Positions 37,908 to 48,366 of a stretch of 64,000 nucleotides of DNA are shown here, piece after piece. The stretch comes from Fibrobacterales bacterium. Lineage in GTDB: Bacteria > Fibrobacterota > Fibrobacteria > Fibrobacterales > JAOPTW01. Both the position numbers and the translations under genes were made by a program. How positions within the stretch are numbered: the stretch's first letter is position 1; every line of letters begins with the position of its first letter. The notes under the pieces are model-generated. The model worked only from the letters and a program-made list of their open reading frames with translations, was not told the DNA's origin and searched no databases. The stretch lies in assembly GCA_051532035.1 (NCBI GenBank), contig JAOPTW010000006.1, positions 128,001 through 192,000 of the forward strand, written 5' to 3'.

Positions 37908-38822
37908 ATGGATCATAACCCCTCTCTCTTTGGAATTACACAGAAATCTGGTGACCCAGATCGTTTGTGCGGAAACCTTATCGCCTACGCGCTCATTGAA
38001 GACTATGACCAAAGTGAGCAAGACACGCCGCTTGACGACCTTGTTCAAAATGATATTATTGCCGTTACCGGTGACTATCAGACAGAGCGAAGCCTCAAAG
38101 ACTTTTTGAACAAAGAGTTTGGCAAAGATGCCGACAAAGGATTCGAGGAGTTGATCGATCAGCTGAAGAAAATGGACGACAACGATCTTGAGAGTGATGA
38201 AAATCTTCAAAAAAAGTTTGAGTCCTTCAATAATATGGAAATTATTCCCGTTCCGGCACGAATCATCTTTTATGATTCCGAAGAGGAACTTCTCAACTCT
38301 GCAGGTGATATTTTCTTCTTGGGCAGTTTTAAGTCACTCCAAAATGCACACCTCAGCGTCACTTCATTCCCGATCCTCTATCAAGGCATTTATCGAGAGC
38401 AGCAGTCCAAACACTCAACTGCTGAAATAAGTGACCTCTTAACCCAAATTGAGACCACGGTCCACACCCATACGTTAGTATCCGAGAGCTGGGCTCTTGC
38501 ACAATCAACAATTTCAAAATACGGCGAGGACCTGCAAGACCTCTTGCTCAACGAAGCATTGCCAAAAATGATTTACCATCTTAAAGATCCAGAAGAGTAC
38601 AATGGATTAGTCACAAGCTTTAAACTATTTATGAAACCTTACTCTGTTACCTCTGATGTCGAAAAGATGCTCTCTTTTTTAGAAGAGTTAAAAAATGGTT
38701 CTCTCGACTCTACCCGTCGACTTGAACTTATGTGTGAGAAGATTTCAGCAATACACAATGAAGCCTTCGAAAAACTTAAACGGATACAAAGTGAACTTCG
38801 CGCCCTTGGTGTCGAAGATTAA
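37908..38822 (+). CDS. Hypothetical acidic cytoplasmic protein
   Basis: Long ORF with AGGA RBS; C-terminal AIHNEAFEKLKRIQSEL is loosely UVR-like. Confidence 0.7.
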   Translation: MDHNPSLFGITQKSGDPDRLCGNLIAYALIEDYDQSEQDTPLDDLVQNDIIAVTGDYQTERSLKDFLNKEFGKDADKGFEELIDQLKKMDDNDLESDENLQKKFESFNNMEIIPVPARIIFYDSEEELLNSAGDIFFLGSFKSLQNAHLSVTSFPILYQGIYREQQSKHSTAEISDLLTQIETTVHTHTLVSESWALAQSTISKYGEDLQDLLLNEALPKMIYHLKDPEEYNGLVTSFKLFMKPYSVTSDVEKMLSFLEELKNGSLDSTRRLELMCEKISAIHNEAFEKLKRIQSELRALGVED

Positions 38823-38838
38823 ATCATCCTCAGAGGAT

Positions 38839-40665
38839 CTAATCTTCGGGTAACTCTTTCATAAGTTGATCAACCTTCTTCGTGATCCTCAGGTCTTCGA
38901 TAAGTGGTGGAGCATGATGAGGCTTTACTCGTGCATCAATAATCAATGACCCTTTACAACCCCAATGCTTGTTTTCAACAAAGCTTTTGACTCCATGAAT
39001 ATCATGTGAAGGATTTGATCGCGTAAAAGTAACCCACAAAAAGTTTTCAATACTCTTTGCGATAAAGTGGGCGTCGTCCACGACAACAATCAGTGGTATT
39101 CCTTCGAGATTCTCTTCCCGTGCGAGCCCCTCGGTCAGTTGATGTATATCGCGAAAGGAGTTATTAGAATCTTTAAACTCTGGCCCTTCAATTGCCATAA
39201 CCCCCGAAAAGATCATCTCGGGGTTTTTAAAACCAATAGGGAGTATCATTCCTTCTGGAATATGGCCCCAAAGTGAACGAATCGGGGTTCCTGCAGCCGC
39301 AACAACAACCTTTGAACCTTTATTTAATCCCGAACCAGAATAATCGAGGGTATCTATAGTCGTCTCTGTCTGAAAATGAAGATCACGACGCCAATCAACC
39401 CGGGCAAGAAGATGCTTAAAAAAGTGTCCAACCGTATGTGTTGAGAGTGATGGGTCATCCTCTTCAGCCGCTATAAACAGGTATTTCGCAAGAGAGAGTT
39501 GACCTGTACCCAAAATAAGGTTCGAAAGAGTGAGAAGCTCTTGAGGGCGTTTTTGCTCCATATAAGGAACATAACGCTCAGCGCCAATTGCCAGCAAAAG
39601 AGGGTGCACCCCTGCTTCATCAACCGCATGCACCTCTTTTACTCCAGGAATTTCGGCCGGAATAGCATTTTGCGTTAATTTATGAATAAAAGCCCCAAAT
39701 TGAGTATCTTCTTGAGGGGGGCGCCCCACAACCGTAAAGGGCCACACTGCATTTTTTCGATGATAGACGGCCTCGACCTTCATTACAGGCATCTCGTGTA
39801 CTAAACTGTAGTAGCCAAGGTGATCGCCAAAAGGGCCCTCAGGTTTCACGGCGCCATGCGGTATAGTGCCCACAATACAAAAATCAGCATCCGCCGAAAT
39901 AGTATGGCCATCTTTTACCGTATATCTAAAGCGCCTTCCTGCAAGTAAGCCCCCAAAAGTTATTTCGGGCACCCCTTCGGGGAGTGGCATTACCGCTGCA
40001 ACAGTATGAGCAGGTGGGCCACCAACAAAAATACTCACCTTAAGGTCTTCACCCTTTTTTAATGCCGCTTTGTGATGGACTGAAATCCCTCGGTGGAGTT
40101 GATAGTGCAACCCTATCTCTCTATTTTCAACATACTCACCTCCATCGAGCTGCACTCGATACATACCTAAATTTGAGTTCAATGGCCCTGGCTGATCTGG
40201 ATTCTCACTATACACCTGAGGTAAGGTTACATAGCGCCCACCATCTTCGGGCCATGAAACGACCCCGGGCAGTTCAGAAACATCTGTAGTACCCCATAAT
40301 ACTGGAGCTTGTGAGTTTGAGACTTTTTTGGGGAGTGTATGCAGCCCATACCGCGCAAGGAGCAAACTTTTGAAAGGGTGCTGTAATGCAGCAGTCGGAT
40401 TTACTTTGAGGTCGATCATATCCTTTGTGCGCTGTTCTGTCTCTCTAAAAATATAGGCAACTCGCTCCTCTGTTCCATAGAGGTTTGAAACCGCTTGAAA
40501 AGGCGAGCCTTTAACCTTTTCAAAGAGAATTGCCGGCCCATGAGCGGCATAGATTCTCCGTTGAATCTCTGCCATTTCTAAATAAGGGTCAACTTCATGT
40601 GATATTCGGAGAACTTCCCCCCGTTTTTCTAGGTCTTTAATAACATCAGCAGTGTTAAGATACAT
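38839..40665 (-). CDS. UbiD-family (de)carboxylase, long form
   Basis: WPEDGG.YVTLP, NLGMYRVQ, EGPFGDHLGYY, GRPPQED, DTLDYSG; start set at MYLNT (40665). Confidence 0.9.
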   Translation of the reverse strand: MYLNTADVIKDLEKRGEVLRISHEVDPYLEMAEIQRRIYAAHGPAILFEKVKGSPFQAVSNLYGTEERVAYIFRETEQRTKDMIDLKVNPTAALQHPFKSLLLARYGLHTLPKKVSNSQAPVLWGTTDVSELPGVVSWPEDGGRYVTLPQVYSENPDQPGPLNSNLGMYRVQLDGGEYVENREIGLHYQLHRGISVHHKAALKKGEDLKVSIFVGGPPAHTVAAVMPLPEGVPEITFGGLLAGRRFRYTVKDGHTISADADFCIVGTIPHGAVKPEGPFGDHLGYYSLVHEMPVMKVEAVYHRKNAVWPFTVVGRPPQEDTQFGAFIHKLTQNAIPAEIPGVKEVHAVDEAGVHPLLLAIGAERYVPYMEQKRPQELLTLSNLILGTGQLSLAKYLFIAAEEDDPSLSTHTVGHFFKHLLARVDWRRDLHFQTETTIDTLDYSGSGLNKGSKVVVAAAGTPIRSLWGHIPEGMILPIGFKNPEMIFSGVMAIEGPEFKDSNNSFRDIHQLTEGLAREENLEGIPLIVVVDDAHFIAKSIENFLWVTFTRSNPSHDIHGVKSFVENKHWGCKGSLIIDARVKPHHAPPLIEDLRITKKVDQLMKELPED

Positions 40666-40805
40666 AAGCGGCTCACAAACGTTGTTTCTACTCAAATTTA
40701 TGTAATATGTTCCATATATTTAATCAAATGAGTGAAAATCATCCAAAACTTTGGTAGAATATACAATTATTGTAATTATACACAGAAGTATCTTATGAGA
40801 GTCAG

Positions 40806-42173
40806 ATGAACGGAACAGACCCGGTACGTATTTTAGTTGTTGATGACAACACCGCTATTCATGAAGATTTCAGATCGATCCTTTCTGACAATGAAAATAA
40901 TAGCACTGCTCAAAACTTAAAAAAATATGAAGACGCCCTCTTTGCAAAGCCTACAGAAACGCCAGCAGCGCCATCCACCTACACAAACTACCGTATTGAT
41001 CACGCATACAATGCCCTTGAAGCGATCGAAATGGTGCACCAATCAGAAAAAGAGGCTGACCCCTATGCCCTTATTTTTATGGATGTGCGCATGCCCCCAG
41101 GTATGGATGGCATTCAAACCATACAAAATATTTGGGATGACTATCCAGAAATTGAGATGGTGATCTGTACTGCTCACTCAGATTATAACTGGGACCAAAT
41201 TATTGAAAAACTTGGCCTGACCGATCACCTCCTTATTTTAAAAAAACCATTTGATAGTGTTGCAGTTAAACAGTTTGCCCTCACACAAACTACAAAATGG
41301 AAACTTCAAAAAAGCAACAAAATTTACACCGCCTCTCTTGAAGAAAAAGTCATGGAAAGAACCTCTGAATTACAGCGCTCCCTCGATCAACTTAAAAGCG
41401 CTCAAACCCAGTTGATACAATCAGAAAAAATGGCCTCCCTTGGAGAGCTTGTTGCTGGTGTAGCACACGAGATAAACACCCCCATTGGTGTTGGTATTAC
41501 TGCTGCCTCATTTATAGATGATAATACCCATGACCTAAAAAAACGCTATGAGGATAAAAAAATATCCAATCAGTTTATGCAGGAGTACATTAATACGGTT
41601 ACCACCAGTAGTAAAATGCTCATGACCAACCTCAATCGAGCTGCAGAGCTCATTGCAGGCTTCAAACAGGTAGCCGTCGATCAAACCACCGACCTTAAAC
41701 GCACATTTAAAATTGCAGAGCTCATTCACAATGTTGCCTTTAGTCTCAATCCAAGACTCAAACAAGGAAACGTTACCGTAAATATTAACTGCGACGAGGA
41801 CCTTTCGTTCAATAGTTATCCCGGTTCATTTTCACAAGTAATAACCAATATGATTATGAACTCCATTATCCACGGGTTCGAAGATAAGCCAAATGGCACT
41901 ATAGATATCACCGTAACCTCAGATACACACCTCACAACTATTCTTTACCAAGACAATGGTAAAGGTATTGCCCCTGATCAAATTAAAAAAGTCTTTGACC
42001 CCTTTTACACCACCAAAAGAGGGCAAGGTGGCACAGGCCTTGGAATGCATATAATCTACAATATCATTTCACAAAACTTTAAGGGTAATATTATTTGTGA
42101 AAGTGAGCAAGGCTCCTACACCCGTTTTACCGTAACCATTCCTTTGAATCAGCTACAATCAGGTCTCTTATGA
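40806..42173 (+). CDS. Hybrid REC + NtrB-type histidine kinase (soluble)
   Basis: REC ILVVDD, FMDVRMPPG, KKPF; EKMASLGELVAGVAHEINTP; DNGKG; GGTGLGM. Confidence 0.92.
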   Translation: MNGTDPVRILVVDDNTAIHEDFRSILSDNENNSTAQNLKKYEDALFAKPTETPAAPSTYTNYRIDHAYNALEAIEMVHQSEKEADPYALIFMDVRMPPGMDGIQTIQNIWDDYPEIEMVICTAHSDYNWDQIIEKLGLTDHLLILKKPFDSVAVKQFALTQTTKWKLQKSNKIYTASLEEKVMERTSELQRSLDQLKSAQTQLIQSEKMASLGELVAGVAHEINTPIGVGITAASFIDDNTHDLKKRYEDKKISNQFMQEYINTVTTSSKMLMTNLNRAAELIAGFKQVAVDQTTDLKRTFKIAELIHNVAFSLNPRLKQGNVTVNINCDEDLSFNSYPGSFSQVITNMIMNSIIHGFEDKPNGTIDITVTSDTHLTTILYQDNGKGIAPDQIKKVFDPFYTTKRGQGGTGLGMHIIYNIISQNFKGNIICESEQGSYTRFTVTIPLNQLQSGLL

Positions 42174-44320
42174 GTACTCAGAAGCACATTTTAATTGTTG
42201 ATGATACTCAATCGATACACGACGACTTTCGCCATACCCTTACACGGCATGTTCACCAGACTTCTACAGCCCTCGAACTTGAAAAAGAACTCTTTGATGT
42301 ACCAAGTACTGACGAACAATTTCAAGACTTTACTTACATAATCGATAGTGCTTACCAAGGGGTAGAGGCCATTGCAATGGTACACCAAGCAGAAAAAGAA
42401 GGTAACCCTTACTGTTTAATCTACATGGATGTACGGATGCCACCGGGAATTGACGGCATCGAAACCATATATCGCATTTGGGAAGAGTTCCCTCATATAG
42501 AAATGGCAATCTGTTCTGCCTATTCGGACTATTCATGGACTGCGATTAAAGAAAAGCTCCAGCAAACGGACAAACTCATTTTCATGAAAAAACCTTTTAC
42601 CCAAGATACGATTATTCAAACAACCTATCTTCTGGCCAAAAAATGGGACACTCATAAATCGAGTCAAGGTCAAATTGCAATACTTCAACAAGAAGTTCTG
42701 GAACGGAAAAAGCAGATCGCTTCTATAAAAGGAGAGCTTGACACCATAACCCAACACTATAAAACAAACACTTTTTTGAAAAACAATTATATAAATTCAG
42801 TAAGTCAAGAGATCAAATCACCACTCAATGGTATTATTGCCATAACCGATCTCTTACTCGACACCCCTCTTGATGATGAGCAGAAAGGACTTGCTCAAAG
42901 CATTCAGACTTCAGGTCATTCACTATACGATAAAGTTTCAAACTTACTTGAATGTCAGTTAATTGATGAATCTGAAAATACTAGCGACCCTGTTGAATTT
43001 AATATCCGTTCCCTCATTGAAAACATTCTCGAACTTATTCAAGTAACTTCAGAAGATAAACAGATTACCCTCACCTCATCGCTCCACTCATCAATACCAC
43101 GAAACTGCATAGGTGAGCCGGTAAAAATAAAGCAGATGCTCATTCAATTGTTACTAGCTGCCATCGAGCGAACAGAACAGGGACGCATTGACATAAGTAT
43201 CAATCGAGATACTACCCATGACAGTAGTACGACATCACACATCATTTTTACCGTGATCGACACGGGGATAGCTCCCAGTACTGAAGAACAAGCCCAATTT
43301 GAGAGCAGTATAATTCCAGAGATGGGAGCTCCAGGGTATCGCTTGTATCTTTTTAAAGAAACCCTTAAAACAGTTAAAGGGCATACCTCCCTAGACCAGC
43401 ATTTTGATTCGGGAACCGCGTATTCATTTTCGATTCCTATAACACTTTTAGACAATGAAACCCTTGTTGAACATACATCCTCGGCCCAGGATACTATTCA
43501 AAACCTCTCCTGTTTGATTATCGGTGACAACGCAACCAATAGAAAAATTCTTTCGCTCCATCTTAAACACTGGGGAGCAAAAAGTACCGAGGTTTCATCA
43601 ATAGAGTCTGGTCTTGAGAAAATAGCTGTACTCAAAAATAGTGGTGAAGGGTACTCCATGATTTTACTCGACTTTAAAGACCCGAGTACAACGCCCTATC
43701 TAGACTTTGCGCAATTATTACAGCAGCTTAACAGCCCAACAAACCCCTATAAGCTCATCGCAATTATCCCCCAAGGCCATAAAGGGGACCTTCTTAAATT
43801 TAAAGAGGCAGGGTATAGCGCCTACCTCTCAAAACCAATTAAGCAAAAGCAACTTATTAACTGCCTCATGCTATTAAAACTCAGCATGTTCAATCAGCTT
43901 AAATTACCCAATATTATCACGAAATACATCCTTGATGAGTACTCAATGGAGCGATATACCATGCTCATTATCGAAAGTGATATCGTCTCACGGCGCCTTC
44001 TTCTCTATATTTTAACCAAAATGAGGGTCATATGTGATATTGCCACCACTTCTGAAGAAGCCATTGAAGCTCTACAAAAAAAACAGTATGATTTAGTTGC
44101 GTGTATAAATATTTCTCCCTCAATTAATGGGATGCACATATTCGAACAGACTATTCAGAGTAGAAAAACCAGACAGTGTCGCTTTATTGGCATCACTTCT
44201 GATATAGAGAAACTATGGGGAGCGCATCCAGAAGGAACAAAAGTGGACGGGATTATCCAAAAGCCATTTGATCAAGCAACTATTAGCTCATTAATGAAAA
44301 AGATGATGTCTCAGAAATAA
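42170..44320 (+). CDS. REC + degenerate histidine kinase + two REC-like domains (probable pseudokinase)
   Basis: Intact N-terminal REC; H-box reads SVSQEIKSPLNGI (His to Gln); N-box QLLLAAIER; no G2 box; two C-terminal REC-like folds. Confidence 0.8.
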   Translation: MSTQKHILIVDDTQSIHDDFRHTLTRHVHQTSTALELEKELFDVPSTDEQFQDFTYIIDSAYQGVEAIAMVHQAEKEGNPYCLIYMDVRMPPGIDGIETIYRIWEEFPHIEMAICSAYSDYSWTAIKEKLQQTDKLIFMKKPFTQDTIIQTTYLLAKKWDTHKSSQGQIAILQQEVLERKKQIASIKGELDTITQHYKTNTFLKNNYINSVSQEIKSPLNGIIAITDLLLDTPLDDEQKGLAQSIQTSGHSLYDKVSNLLECQLIDESENTSDPVEFNIRSLIENILELIQVTSEDKQITLTSSLHSSIPRNCIGEPVKIKQMLIQLLLAAIERTEQGRIDISINRDTTHDSSTTSHIIFTVIDTGIAPSTEEQAQFESSIIPEMGAPGYRLYLFKETLKTVKGHTSLDQHFDSGTAYSFSIPITLLDNETLVEHTSSAQDTIQNLSCLIIGDNATNRKILSLHLKHWGAKSTEVSSIESGLEKIAVLKNSGEGYSMILLDFKDPSTTPYLDFAQLLQQLNSPTNPYKLIAIIPQGHKGDLLKFKEAGYSAYLSKPIKQKQLINCLMLLKLSMFNQLKLPNIITKYILDEYSMERYTMLIIESDIVSRRLLLYILTKMRVICDIATTSEEAIEALQKKQYDLVACINISPSINGMHIFEQTIQSRKTRQCRFIGITSDIEKLWGAHPEGTKVDGIIQKPFDQATISSLMKKMMSQK

Positions 44321-44340
44321 ATAGGTATTATTATAACATT

Positions 44341-45651
44341 ATGGAACGATTAACCAGCCGAATACTTGTAGTTGATGACAACGCCTCGATACATGATGAT
44401 TTTAAGAACATCATTACCGAGACGAATAAGTCAAAAAATAAAAAAACAGCTCAACTTGAAGGTGAGTTGTTTGGCATTGCATCAACAACAAACGAGATTG
44501 TCGACGCCTATGAGTATCAGATTGATGATGCGTATCAAGGTGAAGAGGCAGTGCAGATGGTCGACACTGCAGAAAAAGCTGGCAAACCATATTCCCTCAT
44601 TTTTATGGATGTCCGGATGCCTCCGGGAATTGATGGCATCAAGGCAATACAAATGATATGGGATAAGTACCCACATATAGAAATGGTTATTTGTACTGCA
44701 CACTCAGATTATAAATGGAATCAAATTGTTGATATGTTTGGTCAGACAGATAAACTGATCTTTATGAAAAAGCCATTTGATAGTGTATCAGTAAAACAAA
44801 TGGCTATGACTCTGTGCACAAAATGGCAACTTGCACGCACCAATGCTGAACATGTCCACCATCTCGAAGAAGCCCTATTAGAACGAAAAAAAGCAGCGCA
44901 AGAGCTGAAACTCGCCAAAGAGCGTGCGGAATCGGCAAATATTGCGAAGTCTGAGTTCCTTGCCAATATGAGTCATGAACTCAGAACTCCAATGCATGGA
45001 ATCTTGAGTTACTCACAATTTGGTATTAAAAAATATGACAACGAGAACAAAGAAAAAGTTCTCGACTATTTTAAAAACATCAATGCCTGTGGCAAACGGC
45101 TTATGGACCTGCTTAATGACCTACTGGACCTCTCGAAACTTGAGGCCGGAAAAATGGACTACAATTTCGAGCAGAGTGACCTCCTCTATGAGCTTCGCTT
45201 AGTACTTTCTGAGTTTCACGCACTGATACAAGAGAAAGGGGTCTTAATTGATGTTGCTGAACCTTCCTGCTCACTCTCTGTACCCATTGATAAAATGAAA
45301 ATTAATCAGGTATTTCGAAACCTCATTTCAAATGCTGTAAAATATTCACCAGAGGGCAAGACCATTCAAATCACTTTCAATGAGTCTACCACCGACAACA
45401 AAGCCTTTCTAAACTGTTCTATTACCGATGAAGGTGTTGGAATTCCTGACAATGAATTAGAACGCGTCTTTGATAAGTTTATCCAGTCGAGTAACACAAA
45501 AGATGGATCAGGCGGCACCGGTCTTGGCCTTGCTATTTGCCGTGAAATCATCTCGGCTCATCAAGGTACTATTCGGGCCATGCACAACCCAACAGGTCAA
45601 GGGTCACAGTTTACCTTTACAACCCCCCGAGAACAGACCCCACCTGAATAA
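44341..45651 (+). CDS. Hybrid REC + histidine kinase (soluble)
   Basis: REC; FLANMSHELRTPMHGI; NLISNAVKYS; DEGVGI; GGTGLGL. Confidence 0.93.
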   Translation: MERLTSRILVVDDNASIHDDFKNIITETNKSKNKKTAQLEGELFGIASTTNEIVDAYEYQIDDAYQGEEAVQMVDTAEKAGKPYSLIFMDVRMPPGIDGIKAIQMIWDKYPHIEMVICTAHSDYKWNQIVDMFGQTDKLIFMKKPFDSVSVKQMAMTLCTKWQLARTNAEHVHHLEEALLERKKAAQELKLAKERAESANIAKSEFLANMSHELRTPMHGILSYSQFGIKKYDNENKEKVLDYFKNINACGKRLMDLLNDLLDLSKLEAGKMDYNFEQSDLLYELRLVLSEFHALIQEKGVLIDVAEPSCSLSVPIDKMKINQVFRNLISNAVKYSPEGKTIQITFNESTTDNKAFLNCSITDEGVGIPDNELERVFDKFIQSSNTKDGSGGTGLGLAICREIISAHQGTIRAMHNPTGQGSQFTFTTPREQTPPE

Positions 45652-45720
45652 TATCAATTCTCTATTGCCCACTCTACAGATCTATGTTATACTCAAGAAG
45701 ATTACCCACTTGGGATATAT

Positions 45721-46998
45721 ATGAGAAAAACACGCATCCTCTATGTTGACGATGAACAACAGAATTGCATTGTTTTTAAAGCGACGTTTAAAAGTAAATA
45801 TATCATTACCACTTGCACCTCTGCTACAGAAGCCTTGGAACTCATTAAAAATGATACCTACCCTCTAATTATCTCTGACTATAAGATGCCCGACATTACT
45901 GGAGTAGATTTTTTTCATCATTCTCTCAACTCCTCACCTTCATCCATTCGTATTTTAGTAACAGCATACAGCGATGTTGATACCCTTGTGAGCGCAGTAA
46001 ACCGAGGATACATCTTTCAATTTATCTCAAAACCATGGAACGACAAAGAACTCGGCATCGTCATTGAGAACGGACTCAACAAATACTATTTAGAACAGGA
46101 GAATAAAGAGCTCTTTAATCAAATTTCACTCTACTCAAAAGACCTTGAGTCACTCCTTAAGAAAAAAATCCATGATCTGAAGGAGAGCAACACCCTCCTC
46201 AACAATGAAATTATCGCTCATAAAGAAACCATCGACAAACTAGAAGGGGCAATCCAAAAATCCGAAGAGGCCAATGAGGTTAAAAGCTCGTTCTTAGCAA
46301 ATATGAGTCATGAGCTACGCACCCCAATGCATGGGATACTGAGTTTCGCACAACTCGGTATCTCAAAAGCTGAAACCGCCCCTATTTCAAAACTTGTTTC
46401 ATACTTTCAACACATCAATAATAGTGGTCAACGACTTCTCACTCTACTCAATAACATTCTTGATCTGGCAAAGCTGGAATCTAAATCCATTGACTACTAC
46501 TTTACTGAAAACAGCCTTCTCCGAGAAATTGATGCCGCTACCCATGAATTTATGGTGTTACTCGATTCAAATAATATTAAAATAACGCTTATTGACAATC
46601 TTAATGAATCACGATTTGTTTTTGATCAGCTCCGTGTTGGACAAGTGCTGAGAAACCTCATTCTCAATGCAATTAAATTTTCACCAGCAAATAGCACTAT
46701 TACCATATCCCTCGACAACACTACCATAACAGAAAATAACCCACCGACACCTGCTGTACAGTGTACACTTCTCGACCAGGGAGTCGGCATACCTAATGAA
46801 GAACTCGAAAATGTATTTGACAAGTTTATTCAAAGTAGCAAGACCAATAATGGAGCTGGAGGCACTGGCCTTGGTCTCTCGATTTGTAAAGAAATCATAG
46901 AGGCTCATGGTGGGGCTATTTGGGCTGAAAATAGAGAGGGTAAAGATGGAGCTGCCTTCATTTTTGTTCTACCGCGCACTCAAGTGAATAATTCCTAA
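45721..46998 (+). CDS. Hybrid REC + histidine kinase (soluble)
   Basis: ILYVDDE, IISDYKMP, SKPW; FLANMSHELRTP; NAIKFS; GGTGLGL. Confidence 0.93.
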   Translation: MRKTRILYVDDEQQNCIVFKATFKSKYIITTCTSATEALELIKNDTYPLIISDYKMPDITGVDFFHHSLNSSPSSIRILVTAYSDVDTLVSAVNRGYIFQFISKPWNDKELGIVIENGLNKYYLEQENKELFNQISLYSKDLESLLKKKIHDLKESNTLLNNEIIAHKETIDKLEGAIQKSEEANEVKSSFLANMSHELRTPMHGILSFAQLGISKAETAPISKLVSYFQHINNSGQRLLTLLNNILDLAKLESKSIDYYFTENSLLREIDAATHEFMVLLDSNNIKITLIDNLNESRFVFDQLRVGQVLRNLILNAIKFSPANSTITISLDNTTITENNPPTPAVQCTLLDQGVGIPNEELENVFDKFIQSSKTNNGAGGTGLGLSICKEIIEAHGGAIWAENREGKDGAAFIFVLPRTQVNNS

Positions 46999-47086
46999 TC
47001 ACCAACTTCGCCGTGCGAATTGTATAAAGTATCACCCAGTTATTTCTATATTTGAGACCTATTCTACTCCTTGGTCATTCACGTCT

Positions 47087-47605
47087 ATGCCCCAACATGC
47101 CTCAGTACATTTTATAACAGGTGGGCAACGCTCAGGTAAAAGTAGCTTTGCCCATAATCAAGCCGAAAAGCTCTCTCCACATCCATACTATCTTGCAACA
47201 GCGCGAGTATGGGACGCGGACTTTAAATCCCGCATTGATCGCCACAAATCTGATAGAGGCTCTCATTGGACAACTATTGAAGAAGAAATCAACCTCGATA
47301 CCCTTGACCTTACCGAAAAAGTAGTGGTGATCGATTGTATCACTCTCTGGCTAACAAACCTATTTCACGACGCATCCTATGATGTTGATGCTGCGCTCAA
47401 TCAAGGAAAAAAGATATGGGATCAGCTGCTTCTACACGAGTGCACTCTGCTTGTTGTAAGTAATGAAATCGGAATGTCTATTCATGCAGAACATGAAAGT
47501 GCTCGTAAATTTACTGACCTTCAAGGTTGGATGAATCAATATATTGCACACCGATCTCAGAACGTCAGTCTTATTGTTTCGGGAATCGAACTCAAGGTAA
47601 AATAA
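47087..47605 (+). CDS. cobU: Adenosylcobinamide kinase/guanylyltransferase
   Basis: GGQRSGKS, RI.RH, W.TIEE, DCITLWLTN, VSNEIG. Confidence 0.95.
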   Translation: MPQHASVHFITGGQRSGKSSFAHNQAEKLSPHPYYLATARVWDADFKSRIDRHKSDRGSHWTTIEEEINLDTLDLTEKVVVIDCITLWLTNLFHDASYDVDAALNQGKKIWDQLLLHECTLLVVSNEIGMSIHAEHESARKFTDLQGWMNQYIAHRSQNVSLIVSGIELKVK

Positions 47606-47607
47606 CC

Positions 47608-48366
47608 ATGCTCTCAGAAATCAAGACACTCCTCCACTGTATCCGTTTTTTTACTCGGATCCCTGTACCACAGTGGGTAGGCTACAGCGATGACTACCAA
47701 TATAGGTCTACAAAATATTTGCCGCTCATCGGTTATATTGTTGGAGGTGCATCTGCTCTTACATTCTATCTCTGCTCAACCTCTCTCTCCATCATACTCT
47801 CCCTCATCATAAGTACCATTGTATCGATCATCCTCACCGGAGCATTTCACGAAGACGGTCTGGCCGATTTTTGTGACGGCTTTGGAGGAGGCTATGGAAA
47901 AGAAAAAATACTTGCTATAATGAAAGATAGTCGTATTGGTACCTATGGTTCTGTTGCGCTCATTTCAATACTCAGCTTAAAGATAGGTTCCCTCGTAGAA
48001 ATTCCTATCGCTCAGCTCCCCATCATCATTCTGGCAGGACATTGTTTTAGTCGATTCATTCCCCTTTTACTTATGCGTACAACCTCTTATGTGAGTATAC
48101 AAGGAAAATCGCATCACCTTCAAAAGAGCATCCCCTCTCTCTATCTTTTTTTTGGGTTACTCACTCTCGCCCCTCTCTCTATATGGATTCCATGGCAAAT
48201 ACTTCTCATTAATTTTGTAATATGTGTCATTATTCTTACAATATTTAGATACTATATTATGAAGCACATAGATGGATACACCGGCGATATATTGGGTACG
48301 GTACAACAAGTGAGTGAAATCATCTTCTATATAGGGACTATTACTATTGGAGCACAGTTCTCATGA
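47608..48366 (+). CDS. cobS: Cobalamin synthase (adenosylcobinamide-GDP ribazoletransferase)
   Basis: FFTRIP, TGAFHEDGLADFCDG, IMKDSRIGTYG, GYTGD.LG. Confidence 0.95.
   Translation: MLSEIKTLLHCIRFFTRIPVPQWVGYSDDYQYRSTKYLPLIGYIVGGASALTFYLCSTSLSIILSLIISTIVSIILTGAFHEDGLADFCDGFGGGYGKEKILAIMKDSRIGTYGSVALISILSLKIGSLVEIPIAQLPIIILAGHCFSRFIPLLLMRTTSYVSIQGKSHHLQKSIPSLYLFFGLLTLAPLSIWIPWQILLINFVICVIILTIFRYYIMKHIDGYTGDILGTVQQVSEIIFYIGTITIGAQFS

Noticed and set aside
37863..38210. 115-aa hydrophobic - strand ORF
   Set aside because: Almost entirely overlaps the longer + strand ORF 37908-38822, which has an RBS; likely a shadow.
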